From positions 2,157 to 66,156 of the forward strand of contig DATJRH010000047.1 in the NCBI GenBank assembly GCA_035504945.1: a stretch of 64,000 bases of DNA. The letters are read 5' to 3'. Numbering within the stretch: position 1 is the first letter of the stretch; every line of letters begins with the position of its first letter. Of the stretch, positions 51,216 through 61,411 are shown in pieces. The notes beneath the pieces were generated by a model. It was not told the origin of the DNA, did no database searches, and saw only the letters and a program-made list of their open reading frames with translations. Position numbers and translations under genes: made by a program. The DNA comes from Candidatus Aquilonibacter sp. Lineage in GTDB: Bacteria; Verrucomicrobiota; Verrucomicrobiia; Limisphaerales; UBA11358.

Positions 51216-52784
51216 TTGCAAATTGCCGCCATGAAATCCACTCTTCGTCGGACGCTGGTTGCGCTTTGCGCCATGGCCAGTTTTTTAACCATCGGCAATT
51301 TTGCTTCCGCGCAGGACTCGCCCGTCAGTGACGCGGGCGCGGAAATCCGCACGCCACCCGCGCCGCCCACGCCGCGCATCAACGGCCCGGACATTTTCGG
51401 CGTCCGTCCGGGGCATCCGTTTCTCTATCACATTCCCGCGACGGGCAACCGGCCGATGACCTTTTCCGTGGATAATCTGCCGGATGGTTTGCAGGTGGAC
51501 GCCGCGACGGGCAACATCACCGGTTCGCTGACCAAAACAGGTGATTACATCGTCACGTTCCACGCGAAGAACGCGCTGGGCGAGGACAGCAAAAAATTCA
51601 AAATCGTCGTGGGCGAAACGATTGACCTGACACCGGCGATGGGTTGGAACAGTTGGAATCATTACGCGGGCCGCATTACCCAGGCGATTGTCCTCGAAAA
51701 TGCGAAGGCGATGGCGGATTCCGGCCTCATCAATTATGGCTGGACTTACGTCAACATTGACGACACCTGGCAGGGTGAGCGCGGCGGGCCGTTTCACGCG
51801 CTGCAAGGCAACGAAAAATTTCCAGACATCGGAGAGTTGTGCAAACAGATTCACGCGCTGGGTTTGAAATTCGGGATTTATTCGACGCCGTGGGTGCAAT
51901 CATATGCCGGTTATCCCGGCGGCAGTTCGGAAAATCCCGAGGGCACCTGGACGAAAGCGACGGGGCCGAAAAAGCCGAACCGGAACATCCTGCCGTGGGC
52001 GATCGGCCAATATCATTTCTACACCAACGACGCCGACCAATGGGCGGCGTGGGGTGTGGATTATTTGAAATACGACTGGAACCCGATTGAGCTTCTCGAA
52101 ACGCAGGCGATGTATGACGCGCTGCGCAACAGCGGACGCGACATCGTGTTCAGCCTGTCGAACAACATGAACATCACCAACGGGCCGACGATTGGAAAAA
52201 TCGCGAACAGTTGGCGCACGACCGGCGACATCAAGGCGAACTGGGCTTCGATGAGTTCGCACGGTTTCGGGCAGGACAAGTGGCGGAAATATTCCTCGCC
52301 GGGGCATTGGAACGATCCTGACATGTTGGAAATCGCCACGGCGGAAAGAAACCAGCCCGGCCTCACGCCGAATGAAGAATACACGCACATGACGTTGTGG
52401 TGCCTGTTGGATGCGCCGCTGCTGCTCGCGAACGATTTGAGCCACATGGACGCGTTCACGCTGAATCTCCTCGAAAACAACGAAGTGTTGGCGGTGAGCC
52501 AGGATTCGCTCGGCGACCAGGCGGTTCAAGTCGCCGGCGGCGACGGCTGGAAGGTCTATGCCAAAAATCTCGAAGACGGTTCAAAAGCCGTCGGCCTGTT
52601 CAACACCGGCACCAGCGGCACCATCACCGTGACCGTGAAATGGAGCGATTTGAAAATTTCCGGCGAACAAAACGTGCGCGACCTGTGGCGGCAGAAGGAT
52701 TTGGGCAAGTTCAATAACGAATTTTCGATGAAGGTCGAGCCGCACAGCGCGGAACTGGTGAAAATTTCACCTGATTCGCCTTAA
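51216..52784 (+). CDS. Alpha-galactosidase, GH27, with N-terminal Ig-like domain
   Basis: PAMGWNSWNHY, YVNIDDTWQ, YLKYDWN, DPDMLE. Signal peptide from MKSTLRR (possible start 51231). Confidence 0.85.
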   Translation: MQIAAMKSTLRRTLVALCAMASFLTIGNFASAQDSPVSDAGAEIRTPPAPPTPRINGPDIFGVRPGHPFLYHIPATGNRPMTFSVDNLPDGLQVDAATGNITGSLTKTGDYIVTFHAKNALGEDSKKFKIVVGETIDLTPAMGWNSWNHYAGRITQAIVLENAKAMADSGLINYGWTYVNIDDTWQGERGGPFHALQGNEKFPDIGELCKQIHALGLKFGIYSTPWVQSYAGYPGGSSENPEGTWTKATGPKKPNRNILPWAIGQYHFYTNDADQWAAWGVDYLKYDWNPIELLETQAMYDALRNSGRDIVFSLSNNMNITNGPTIGKIANSWRTTGDIKANWASMSSHGFGQDKWRKYSSPGHWNDPDMLEIATAERNQPGLTPNEEYTHMTLWCLLDAPLLLANDLSHMDAFTLNLLENNEVLAVSQDSLGDQAVQVAGGDGWKVYAKNLEDGSKAVGLFNTGTSGTITVTVKWSDLKISGEQNVRDLWRQKDLGKFNNEFSMKVEPHSAELVKISPDSP

Positions 52785-52879
52785 TTTGCAACCTTTCCCG
52801 CCTTTAAGCGTCAAATGAAAGAAGCACAAATTTGTTTTCCCAAAGGAAGACGAATGGGTGCGGGTTTTATTTTTGTCAA

Positions 52880-55498
52880 ATGCGCATGAAAAAACTTTTT
52901 CTCCTGGGCGGCGTTGTCGCTGCGGTCTTGTCCACTCAATCCCTTTTCGCGGCGGATTCGCTTTATGTCTCGCCGACCGGCGACGACGCCAATCCCGGAA
53001 CGCAAGCGAAACCGATTCGCACGCTGCAGCACGCCCGCGATTTGGTGCGCGACATGGATCAAAACATGAGCGGCGACATCACGGTCTGGCTGGCCGGCGG
53101 AACCTACCGGCTGACCGAGCCGCTGACGCTGGACGCAAGGGATTCCGGCACCCGCAATCACAACGTGATTTATTCCGCGATGCCCGGCCAGCGGCCCGTC
53201 ATCAGCGGCGGCGTGCAAATTACCGGCTGGAAACTGGTGGACGCCGGAAAAAATCTCTGGTCGGCGCCCGCGCCCGCCGTTCTCGAAAATACGCGGCAGC
53301 TTTATGTCAACGGCGTTCGCGCCTACCGCACACAAGGCCGTCTGCCGGTCAAACTGACCGAGACAAAAACGGGCTACATCGCCAGTTCGCCCGTCATGGC
53401 AGGCTGGCGGAATCCCAGCGACATTGAATTTGTTTATACCGGCGGCAATGCGTTTTGGTCGGAACGGTCGTGGGGACTTGGCGCGTGGACGGAACCGCGC
53501 TGTCCGGTCGCCAGCATCGAGGGCACGACCATCACGATGGCGGAGCCGTGCTGGGACAATTCGACCAAGCGCGTGATGCTGCCGGCCAGTTCCGGTTTCA
53601 GGCGCACGGCCAATCTCGTCGGCCCGGCGAGCATCGGCCGGCAGCCGGAATATGTCGAGAACGCCTACGAACTTTTGGGCACGCCCGGCCAGTGGTATTT
53701 TGACCGCCCGGCAAAAGTGATTTATTACGTCCCGCGTCCGGGCGAAAATTTGGCGACGGCGGATGTTGAAGTGCCAGTGTTGCAAAAGCTGGTTTCGGGC
53801 GAAGGAGCTGAAGGCGCGCCGATTCATAATATCATTTTCAAAGGGCTGCAATTTTCCTACGCGACGTGGTTGTTTCCCAGCAGCAACGAAGGTTTTTCGG
53901 AAATTCAGGCGAACTACATGGTTACCGGCACGAATGGTTACGCCACGCAGGGCCTTGGCGATTTGGTTCCGGACGGGCAAAAGCCATTTGGCGACTGGAC
54001 CAAGACGCCGGGCAATGTTTCGTTCAGCTACGACCACGGGATCCTGTTTCTGGGAGACAATTTCGTTCACCTCGGCGGCGCGGGGCTGGAACTCGGCGAT
54101 GGCTCGCAATCGGACATGGTTGAAGGCTGCGTGTTCACGGATATTTCCGCCAACGGCCTTGAACTGGGCGGCGTGGATTTGCCCGAGGCCAATGCCGAGC
54201 AGGCGACGCGCGATAATCAAATTCTCAACAACCATATTTACAACGTCGCGGCGGAATACCACGGCGGCATCGGCATTGACGTCGGCTACGCGCAAAACAC
54301 CTTGATTGCGCACAATCAGCTTGACCACCTGCCTTACTCGGCGATTTCGATGGGCTGGGGCGGCTGGCCGGACAAAATCCGGCGCGCCGGCGTCGCCAAT
54401 AATTCACACGATAATCAGGTTGAGGACAATTTGATTTTTGACCACATGCAATTGCTCGCGGACGGCGGCGGAATTTACACGCAAGGGCTGACCGGCCCGT
54501 CGCTGGCCGACGGCGAAAAACTCATCGGCAATGTGATTTACAACCAGCTCGGCAGCGGCCACGGCATTTACACGGACAACGGCTGCAACAATGTCACCGC
54601 CAAAAACAATGTCATCTTTCACACGGACCACGACAATTGGGGCAGCCGCCATCGTAATTACTACGACGACAACGACGGCAAGACGTTCGATTATTTCGAT
54701 TTCGAGGACAATTACTGGCAGCAGGGCGACGAGGACAGCTCGAGCGAAAATGTCACGCTGAAAAACAACCATCTCATCAGCGAGTTGGATCAGGCTCCGC
54801 AGAAAATTCTCCAGAACGCCGGATTGAAGCCCGCGTTCAAGAACATTTTGAACGAACCATTTGGAAGTCCAAGCGCGCCCGAACCGCCGAAGCGCGTCGC
54901 GGCGTTTGCCGGAAATGGATTCGCCCTGGTCTCATGGAATCCGCCGGTGTTCATGGGAACTTACCCGGGAATTGTTGATAGTTTGCCGTCGTTTTACACG
55001 GTTACTTCATCCGCAGGTGACAAGACAACCATTTCCATGGCGGAATTCAACGAGAAAGGCTATGTAAAAATTTCCGGTCTCACCAACGGCCAGAGTTACA
55101 CCTTCACCGTGACCGCCGACAACGGCATCAACATGAGCTCTCCGTCGTTGCCGTCGGAACCGGTCATACCCACTGCCAAATCAATCACAACACCGGCCGC
55201 GCCATCAACCGCGGAGGTGTCCGCAAGCGATGACGGCATCGCGAGCGTTCATTTCGGCGCGCCCGACGATGACGGCGGCAGCCCCATCATCGCTTATGCT
55301 GTCACCGTCAATCCCGGCGGTCGCAAAGTCATGTTTACCGGGCGGAAAGTTTTGGTGCTTAGTGGCAAACACGTGACCTTTGATGTGGTGGATGACCTGG
55401 AGAAGGGAAAAACCTACACGTTCGACGTGGCGGCGGTGAACTTGGCCGGCGAAGGCGCGGCAAAGACGGTAAAAGTCTCGGTGCCGGCGGCCGAATAA
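52880..55498 (+). CDS. Secreted right-handed parallel beta-helix protein with C-terminal FN3 domains
   Basis: Start MRMKKLFLLGGVVAAVLS. LYVSPTGDDANPGTQAKPIRTLQHA (pectate-lyase-fold N-terminus). Repeated NN.I.N motifs. C-terminal FN3-like ...YTFTVTADNG... and ...YTFDVAAVNLAGEG.... Confidence 0.75.
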   Translation: MRMKKLFLLGGVVAAVLSTQSLFAADSLYVSPTGDDANPGTQAKPIRTLQHARDLVRDMDQNMSGDITVWLAGGTYRLTEPLTLDARDSGTRNHNVIYSAMPGQRPVISGGVQITGWKLVDAGKNLWSAPAPAVLENTRQLYVNGVRAYRTQGRLPVKLTETKTGYIASSPVMAGWRNPSDIEFVYTGGNAFWSERSWGLGAWTEPRCPVASIEGTTITMAEPCWDNSTKRVMLPASSGFRRTANLVGPASIGRQPEYVENAYELLGTPGQWYFDRPAKVIYYVPRPGENLATADVEVPVLQKLVSGEGAEGAPIHNIIFKGLQFSYATWLFPSSNEGFSEIQANYMVTGTNGYATQGLGDLVPDGQKPFGDWTKTPGNVSFSYDHGILFLGDNFVHLGGAGLELGDGSQSDMVEGCVFTDISANGLELGGVDLPEANAEQATRDNQILNNHIYNVAAEYHGGIGIDVGYAQNTLIAHNQLDHLPYSAISMGWGGWPDKIRRAGVANNSHDNQVEDNLIFDHMQLLADGGGIYTQGLTGPSLADGEKLIGNVIYNQLGSGHGIYTDNGCNNVTAKNNVIFHTDHDNWGSRHRNYYDDNDGKTFDYFDFEDNYWQQGDEDSSSENVTLKNNHLISELDQAPQKILQNAGLKPAFKNILNEPFGSPSAPEPPKRVAAFAGNGFALVSWNPPVFMGTYPGIVDSLPSFYTVTSSAGDKTTISMAEFNEKGYVKISGLTNGQSYTFTVTADNGINMSSPSLPSEPVIPTAKSITTPAAPSTAEVSASDDGIASVHFGAPDDDGGSPIIAYAVTVNPGGRKVMFTGRKVLVLSGKHVTFDVVDDLEKGKTYTFDVAAVNLAGEGAAKTVKVSVPAAE

Positions 55499-55540
55499 AA
55501 CTCGTGATGCAGAATACATTTTGACTCGGGCAGATTTGCC

Positions 55541-58072
55541 GTGAAATTTTTTTCCGCCATCCTTGCCTGTTCGGTCTTCGCCGCCGTTGCGGCCCGCGCG
55601 GATGACGGTTTGCTCGACGTCAATTATCGCGCGCTCGTCACGCGGGGCGATTTGGACTACACGAACCCCGCGACGCGCAGCGAGGAGGGAATGCCCGTCG
55701 GCAACGGGCGCATGGGCAGCCTGGTCTGGACGACGCCGTCCGCGTTGAAATTTCAAATCAACCGCTGCGACGTGTTTGCGGAAGACAGTTACACCGTCAG
55801 TTTTCCGCAGGCCGACAGCGATTATGCCGCCGGTTGCGGTTACGTGGACATAAATTTGGTACAGGCGGGCAACGACGTTTTTGCCGGCAAGGATTTTCAC
55901 CAGCATCTTTCGCTTTACGACGCGTTGATGACGGCCGCGGGCAGGGGCGTGTCGGCGCGCGTGCTGGCGTGGCCGCAACGCGACGTACTGGCCGTGCAAA
56001 TTGACGACCGGCGGTGGCATCCCGAACCCATCAACGTGGATTTGCGGATGCTGCGTTACGCCGTCCAGCGCGTGACCGGGATGAATTACGAACTGGCGAC
56101 GAACCATTCCGACGTGGTCCAGACCGCCGAGCAGACCGCCACTTCCAAGCTGGACATTCGCAACGGGCGCATTTTGCTGATCCAGCAATTCCGCGAAAAC
56201 GAATTTTACGATTCGTCCGCCGTCGGCATCAGCGTCGTCGGGCGCCGGTCGAAGGCGCGGTATTTGAACGAAACCACCGTTGAACTTTCCGTTGCGCCGG
56301 GCCGGGGAAAATTCACAATTCTGATTTCCAGCGCGGCAAGTTTTGACACGAATAAAGATGTCGGCGCGCAGGCCGTCGCTGAATTGCAGGCCGCCGAGAT
56401 GAAGGGTTTCCAAGGGCTGGAAACCGAAACCGCCGACTGGTGGCACAATTTCTGGAGCAAGGGATTTGTTTACATGCACAGCGACAGCAACACGGCAACG
56501 CCAAATCCCGCCAATCCCACCGTCAAGCTCGGCCAGGCCGATTTCGTCGAGGCCAATTACACCTATTTCATGTATCTCATGGGCGCGAGTTCGCGCGGCG
56601 ATTATCCGCCGCGCTTCGGCGGAATGCTCTGGCGCACGACCGGCGATTTGAGCCGCTGGGGTTCGCAATACTGGTGGGCCAACGAGAGCGCCTATTACAG
56701 CAATCTGATGCCGGCGAACCGTCTTGATTTGATGGACCCGCTGTTCTCGCTTTACAGCGGGATGTTCGATGCCTGCGCGCTCGCCGCCCGGCAGCAGTGG
56801 GGTTCACAGGGAATTTGGATTCCGGAAGTCACCTTCTTCAACGGGCCGGAAAAATTGCCGGACAACATCGCGGCGGAATTGCAGGACTTGATGCTGTGCC
56901 GCAAACCTTATTCGGAACGTTCCACCAATTTTCAGTGGTGGATTGAAACCAAGAACCGCCACAACGCCCGCTACAATTTCGAGGGTGACGGCTATTGGGA
57001 CCACGGCCATCTCGTCGTGCCGACGAAGGGCGGGAGGCGCGCGCCCGACGAAAGCGGCACGCCGGCGGACATTTTCGGCCATTGCACGCACATTCTCGCC
57101 GACGGCGCGAAAATCGCCAATCTCTACTGGCAGCGCTATCAATTTACGATGGACACGAACTGGCTCCGTGACCGGGCCTATCCGATGATCAAGGGTGCGG
57201 CGGAATTTTACCGCAACTTTCCGAATTTTGGAAAGGAGGCGGACGGCAAATATCACATCCACCACGTCAATAATGGCGAAGGCAACTGGAACTCCTCCGA
57301 CACGCCCAACGAAATCAACGCAATGCGCATGATTTTCCCGCTGGCAATTCGCGCCTCGAAAATTCTGGGCGTGGACGCCGGCTTGCGTCCGAAGTGGCAG
57401 GACATCGCCGATAATCTCGCGCCGCCGCTGCCCGTCAAAATGCGCCGCCGCTCCTTCGACGACACCAACGCGCCGGCGGGCAGCCGGACGAATCGCTTCA
57501 GCGGCTATGGCTCGTTCGTTTACGGCGGGCCGGGGGAAATCGAACCCATCGGGCCGCAGCCGGAATTGAAGCGCCGGTTTCTCGGTTTTGACCGCCTCGC
57601 CGATTTTATTGATCCGGAAGGCGGCGGCGGCGCGCAGATTTTTCGCAACCGCCTCCGGCTGCGCGAAGGTCCCGGCGCGATTGACGCCGAGCATCTCGCC
57701 GGGCTGGCGATGGGAATTCACGACACGATGCTTTCCAGCAATTTGGACCTGCCGGACGGCGAGCCGCTCTTGAAAATCATCAACGATTGGCCGAAGGATT
57801 GGGACACGGCCTTCACGCTCCGGGCGCGCGGCGCGTTCCTCGTCAGTTCCGCGCAAATCAATGGAAAAATTCCGTTTGTGCAGATTCAATCACTGGCCGG
57901 CAGCGATTGCAATTTGCAGAATCCGTGGGGCGAAACCACGGTCACGCTTTATCGCAACGGCCGGCAGGCCGGGGACATTTCGGGAACGCTGCTGAAATTC
58001 CCGACCGCCAAAAATGAAACCATTGTGGTGGCGCCGAAAGGCTCAAAACCGTCGCGCATCAGGATTTTATGA
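55541..58072 (+). CDS. GH95-like glycoside hydrolase (N-terminal GNGRMG motif; family assignment tentative)
   Basis: 843 aa with a signal peptide. MPVGNGRMGSLVWTTPSALKFQINRCDVF resembles the GH95/DUF5703 N-terminal domain, followed by a large six-hairpin-like central region. Confidence 0.6.
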   Translation: MKFFSAILACSVFAAVAARADDGLLDVNYRALVTRGDLDYTNPATRSEEGMPVGNGRMGSLVWTTPSALKFQINRCDVFAEDSYTVSFPQADSDYAAGCGYVDINLVQAGNDVFAGKDFHQHLSLYDALMTAAGRGVSARVLAWPQRDVLAVQIDDRRWHPEPINVDLRMLRYAVQRVTGMNYELATNHSDVVQTAEQTATSKLDIRNGRILLIQQFRENEFYDSSAVGISVVGRRSKARYLNETTVELSVAPGRGKFTILISSAASFDTNKDVGAQAVAELQAAEMKGFQGLETETADWWHNFWSKGFVYMHSDSNTATPNPANPTVKLGQADFVEANYTYFMYLMGASSRGDYPPRFGGMLWRTTGDLSRWGSQYWWANESAYYSNLMPANRLDLMDPLFSLYSGMFDACALAARQQWGSQGIWIPEVTFFNGPEKLPDNIAAELQDLMLCRKPYSERSTNFQWWIETKNRHNARYNFEGDGYWDHGHLVVPTKGGRRAPDESGTPADIFGHCTHILADGAKIANLYWQRYQFTMDTNWLRDRAYPMIKGAAEFYRNFPNFGKEADGKYHIHHVNNGEGNWNSSDTPNEINAMRMIFPLAIRASKILGVDAGLRPKWQDIADNLAPPLPVKMRRRSFDDTNAPAGSRTNRFSGYGSFVYGGPGEIEPIGPQPELKRRFLGFDRLADFIDPEGGGGAQIFRNRLRLREGPGAIDAEHLAGLAMGIHDTMLSSNLDLPDGEPLLKIINDWPKDWDTAFTLRARGAFLVSSAQINGKIPFVQIQSLAGSDCNLQNPWGETTVTLYRNGRQAGDISGTLLKFPTAKNETIVVAPKGSKPSRIRIL

Positions 58073-58201
58073 CGACTCATTTGTAAATTAACTCTTTACC
58101 GTGACCGGAAAAGAGCGGTAAATTCGAAGGCAGCCCCGCTGATGTTCAACACACAACCGGTGGCTCATGGAGATTGTTCCGTTACGACAGAAAGTTTCGA
58201 T

Positions 58202-59806
58202 ATGAAATGCAACATAATTCAAACTACGCTCCTCCCGCTGTGCGTCGCCGTCCTTGTTCTCGTGCCGGCCACGCTTCCGGCTCAAATCGAAGCCGTGCCC
58301 GCGCCCGAAATCCGCACGCCGCCCGCGCCGCCCACGCCGCGCATCAACGGCCCGGACATTTTCGGCGTCCGCCCCGGCCATCCGTTTCTCTATCACATTC
58401 CCGCGACCGGTGACCGGCCGATGACCTTTTCCGTGGACCACCTGCCGCGGGGCTTGACGGTGGATCCCGCCACGGGCGACATCACCGGCGTGTTGGATAA
58501 GGAATGGTTCGGCCTGAAGCACACCTTTACCGTCACGCTGCACGCGAAAAACGCGCTGGGCGAGGACAGCAAGAAATTCAAAATCGTTGTCGGTGAAACC
58601 ATTGCGCTGACGCCGCCGATGGGCTGGAACAGTTGGAACGCCTATCACGCGATCGTGACCGGCGAGGATGTCATGCACGCCGCGCGTGCGATGGTGTCCA
58701 GCGGCTTGATCAATTATGGCTGGACTTACATCAACATTGACGATTCCTGGCAGGGCGAACGCGGCGGAAAATTCGACGGCATCCAGCCCAACGACAAGTT
58801 TCCCGACATGCCGGAAATGTGCGACGCCATTCACGGGATGGGCCTGAAGGTCGGCATTTATTCCACGCCGTGGGAGACTTCCTATGCCGGCTACGTGGGC
58901 GGCAGTTCGGACGAAACCAACGGCGCGTGGACCCATGTGCGCAGCACTTTGGGCAAGTTCTCTTATGCCGACAACGACGCGGAGCAATGGGCGGCCTGGG
59001 GCGTTGATTATTTGAAATACGACTGGAACCCGACAAGAACCCGGCCCAAGCCGGAAACGCCCGAACAATTTCACCAGGACTCCGCCACCATGTATAATGC
59101 GTTGCGCAAGTCGGGACGCGACGTCGTTTTCAGCTACTCCAACAGCATGCCCTTCAGCGACATCGCCGATCAGTCGCAAATTTACAACTGCTGGCGCACC
59201 ACTGGTGACATCGGCGACAACTGGCCGAGCATGGCGAGCCACGCCTTTTACATGCCTTTTCGCCGGGGAGAAACCGAGCCGTCCGGCCCGCCCAGCGACA
59301 AATGGGTCCCCTTTGCCCGGCCCGGTCATTGGAACGATCCCGACATGATGGTGCTGGGCGTGGTCAATTTTGGCGGCAAACAGCATCCGACCCGGCTCAC
59401 GCCCGACGAACAATATCTGCACGTGACGGCGTGGTGCATGGCCTCCTCGCCCCTGTTGCTGGGCTGCGACATGGACAAACTCGACGCCTTCACGCTCAAC
59501 CTCGTCGAGAACGCCGAGGTGCTGGCCGTGGATCAGGACGCGCTCGGCAAACAGGCGACGCTCGCCAGCAACAATGACAACCGGCTGCTGGTCTATGTTA
59601 AAGACCTCGAAGACGGTTCGAAGGCCGTGGCGCTTTACAATTTGGGCGGGCAGCCGGCGACGGTGACCGCCAAATGGTCCGACCTGAAAATTTCCGGCAA
59701 ACATGCCGTTCGCGATTTGTGGCGGCAGAAAAATCTGGGCGAATTCGACAATGAATTTTCCATGACCGTCGCCCCGCACGGCGCGGAGCTGGTGAAAATC
59801 CAATAA
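58202..59806 (+). CDS. Alpha-galactosidase, GH27, paralog with the same N-terminal Ig-like domain
   Basis: Start MKCNIIQTTLLPLCVAVLVLVPA. PPMGWNSWNAY, YINIDDSWQ, YLKYDWN, DPDMMV. Confidence 0.85.
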   Translation: MKCNIIQTTLLPLCVAVLVLVPATLPAQIEAVPAPEIRTPPAPPTPRINGPDIFGVRPGHPFLYHIPATGDRPMTFSVDHLPRGLTVDPATGDITGVLDKEWFGLKHTFTVTLHAKNALGEDSKKFKIVVGETIALTPPMGWNSWNAYHAIVTGEDVMHAARAMVSSGLINYGWTYINIDDSWQGERGGKFDGIQPNDKFPDMPEMCDAIHGMGLKVGIYSTPWETSYAGYVGGSSDETNGAWTHVRSTLGKFSYADNDAEQWAAWGVDYLKYDWNPTRTRPKPETPEQFHQDSATMYNALRKSGRDVVFSYSNSMPFSDIADQSQIYNCWRTTGDIGDNWPSMASHAFYMPFRRGETEPSGPPSDKWVPFARPGHWNDPDMMVLGVVNFGGKQHPTRLTPDEQYLHVTAWCMASSPLLLGCDMDKLDAFTLNLVENAEVLAVDQDALGKQATLASNNDNRLLVYVKDLEDGSKAVALYNLGGQPATVTAKWSDLKISGKHAVRDLWRQKNLGEFDNEFSMTVAPHGAELVKIQ

Positions 59807-59816
59807 CTTCGGCGGC

Positions 59817-61022
59817 ATGAAATCGTTCGCACTGATTACGGCGATAGGTTTCGTCGCGATTGCGAATCTTTCAGCGGCTGAAACCAACAGCGCGCCCGCG
59901 TCCGAGCCGCCGCCGGTAAAGTATGGCGCGCACGAATTCCGTCCCGGAGCGCTCTGGCTCGACAACCACGGCGTTCCCATCAATGCCCACGGCGGCGGGA
60001 TGTTGTATCACGACGGCACATATTATTGGTTTGGCGAACACAAGGTTGCGGGTTCTGCCGGGAACAAGGCGCAAGTCGGTGTGCATGTTTATTCCTCCAC
60101 GAATCTTTACAGTTGGAAAGACGAAGGCATCGCGCTGGCCGTGTCTGATGATCCGAAGAGCGAAATTACCAGGGGCTGCGTCATCGAACGTCCCAAGGTG
60201 ATTTTCAACGAGAAGACCGGAAAATTCGTGATGTGGTTCCATCTGGAATTGAAAGGGCAGGGGTATCACGCGGCCCGGAGCGGGGTGGCGATTGCCGATG
60301 AAGCGACCGGGCCTTACCGCTATTTGTATTCCCTGCGCCCAAACGCCGGAGTGTGGCCGGAAAATGCGCCGAAGGATTTATGCAAGCCGCTGACAAAAGC
60401 TGAACAAGACTCGCTCGCGCAACTCAAATTACCGGGCGGCGCGGTGAAAGGACAATTATTTCCCACAAACCTGTTGTTCCGCCGTGATTTTGCGACCGGC
60501 CAGATGACGCGCGACATGACACTGTTCGAGGACGACGACGGGAAGGCTTATCAAATTTATTCGTCGGAAGACAACGGAACGATTCAAATCTCCCGGCTCA
60601 CCGATGATTATCTCAAGCCGGCAGGTCGTTACATTCGGATTTTGCCCGGCCAGTTCAACGAAGCGCCGGCCATGTTCAAGCACGACGGAAAATATTTTCT
60701 CATCACCTCGGGAACGAGCGGCTGGGCGCCGAACGCCGCCCGGCTGGCAACGGCGGATTCCATTTTCGGAACCTGGACGCCGCTCGGTAATCCGTGTCGC
60801 GGAACGGAACAACAGATGAAAACCACGTTCGAGTCGCAAGCCACTTTTGTTCTGCCGGTGGCCGGTAAAAAAGACGCCTATATTTTCATGGCCGACCGCT
60901 GGCGGCCAAAAAATGCGATTGACGGCCGCTACATCTGGCTGCCGGTTCAGTGGCACGGCGGCGTTCCCTATCTGCAATGGCAGGACAATTGGAACCTCGG
61001 ATTTTTCGACAAATCAAATTAG
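59817..61022 (+). CDS. Glycoside hydrolase family 43 protein
   Basis: 401 aa with a signal peptide. ...NAHGGGMLYHDGTYYWFGE..., ...IERPKVIFNEKTGKFVMWFH..., ...EAPAMFKHDGKYFLITSG.... Confidence 0.8.
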   Translation: MKSFALITAIGFVAIANLSAAETNSAPASEPPPVKYGAHEFRPGALWLDNHGVPINAHGGGMLYHDGTYYWFGEHKVAGSAGNKAQVGVHVYSSTNLYSWKDEGIALAVSDDPKSEITRGCVIERPKVIFNEKTGKFVMWFHLELKGQGYHAARSGVAIADEATGPYRYLYSLRPNAGVWPENAPKDLCKPLTKAEQDSLAQLKLPGGAVKGQLFPTNLLFRRDFATGQMTRDMTLFEDDDGKAYQIYSSEDNGTIQISRLTDDYLKPAGRYIRILPGQFNEAPAMFKHDGKYFLITSGTSGWAPNAARLATADSIFGTWTPLGNPCRGTEQQMKTTFESQATFVLPVAGKKDAYIFMADRWRPKNAIDGRYIWLPVQWHGGVPYLQWQDNWNLGFFDKSN

Positions 61023-61411
61023 CCGTTTCCGCCCGCCTGCTTGAAAACAAAAAAGTCCGCGTGAATCTGTGAAATCTGCGGTCAAACATGCTTTGCGAAC
61101 AAGGTGTTCTGCCGACCGGACTACGACCTCCTCAATTGCGATTAACCATTGCTCAAGTTGCTGTTGGAATTGCCGGCGATGCCTTGAAAAGGACAGCAGT
61201 GATACGATCCCACGTTCTTGCTCTGGGAAACCGTTTCTACTTGACGCCGGGCAGAACATCTGCTTTAGTGCCACGCGTTACTACAATCGGCGCAGGTTGC
61301 AACGGCGCTGAAACAGAAAACAAGGAACCCAATGCGAATCCGACGGAACGTCGGTTTGACCGCAGCCATGCCCGCCCTCGCGCGCAGCCCGGCACGCACA
61401 CCTTTTGCCAC

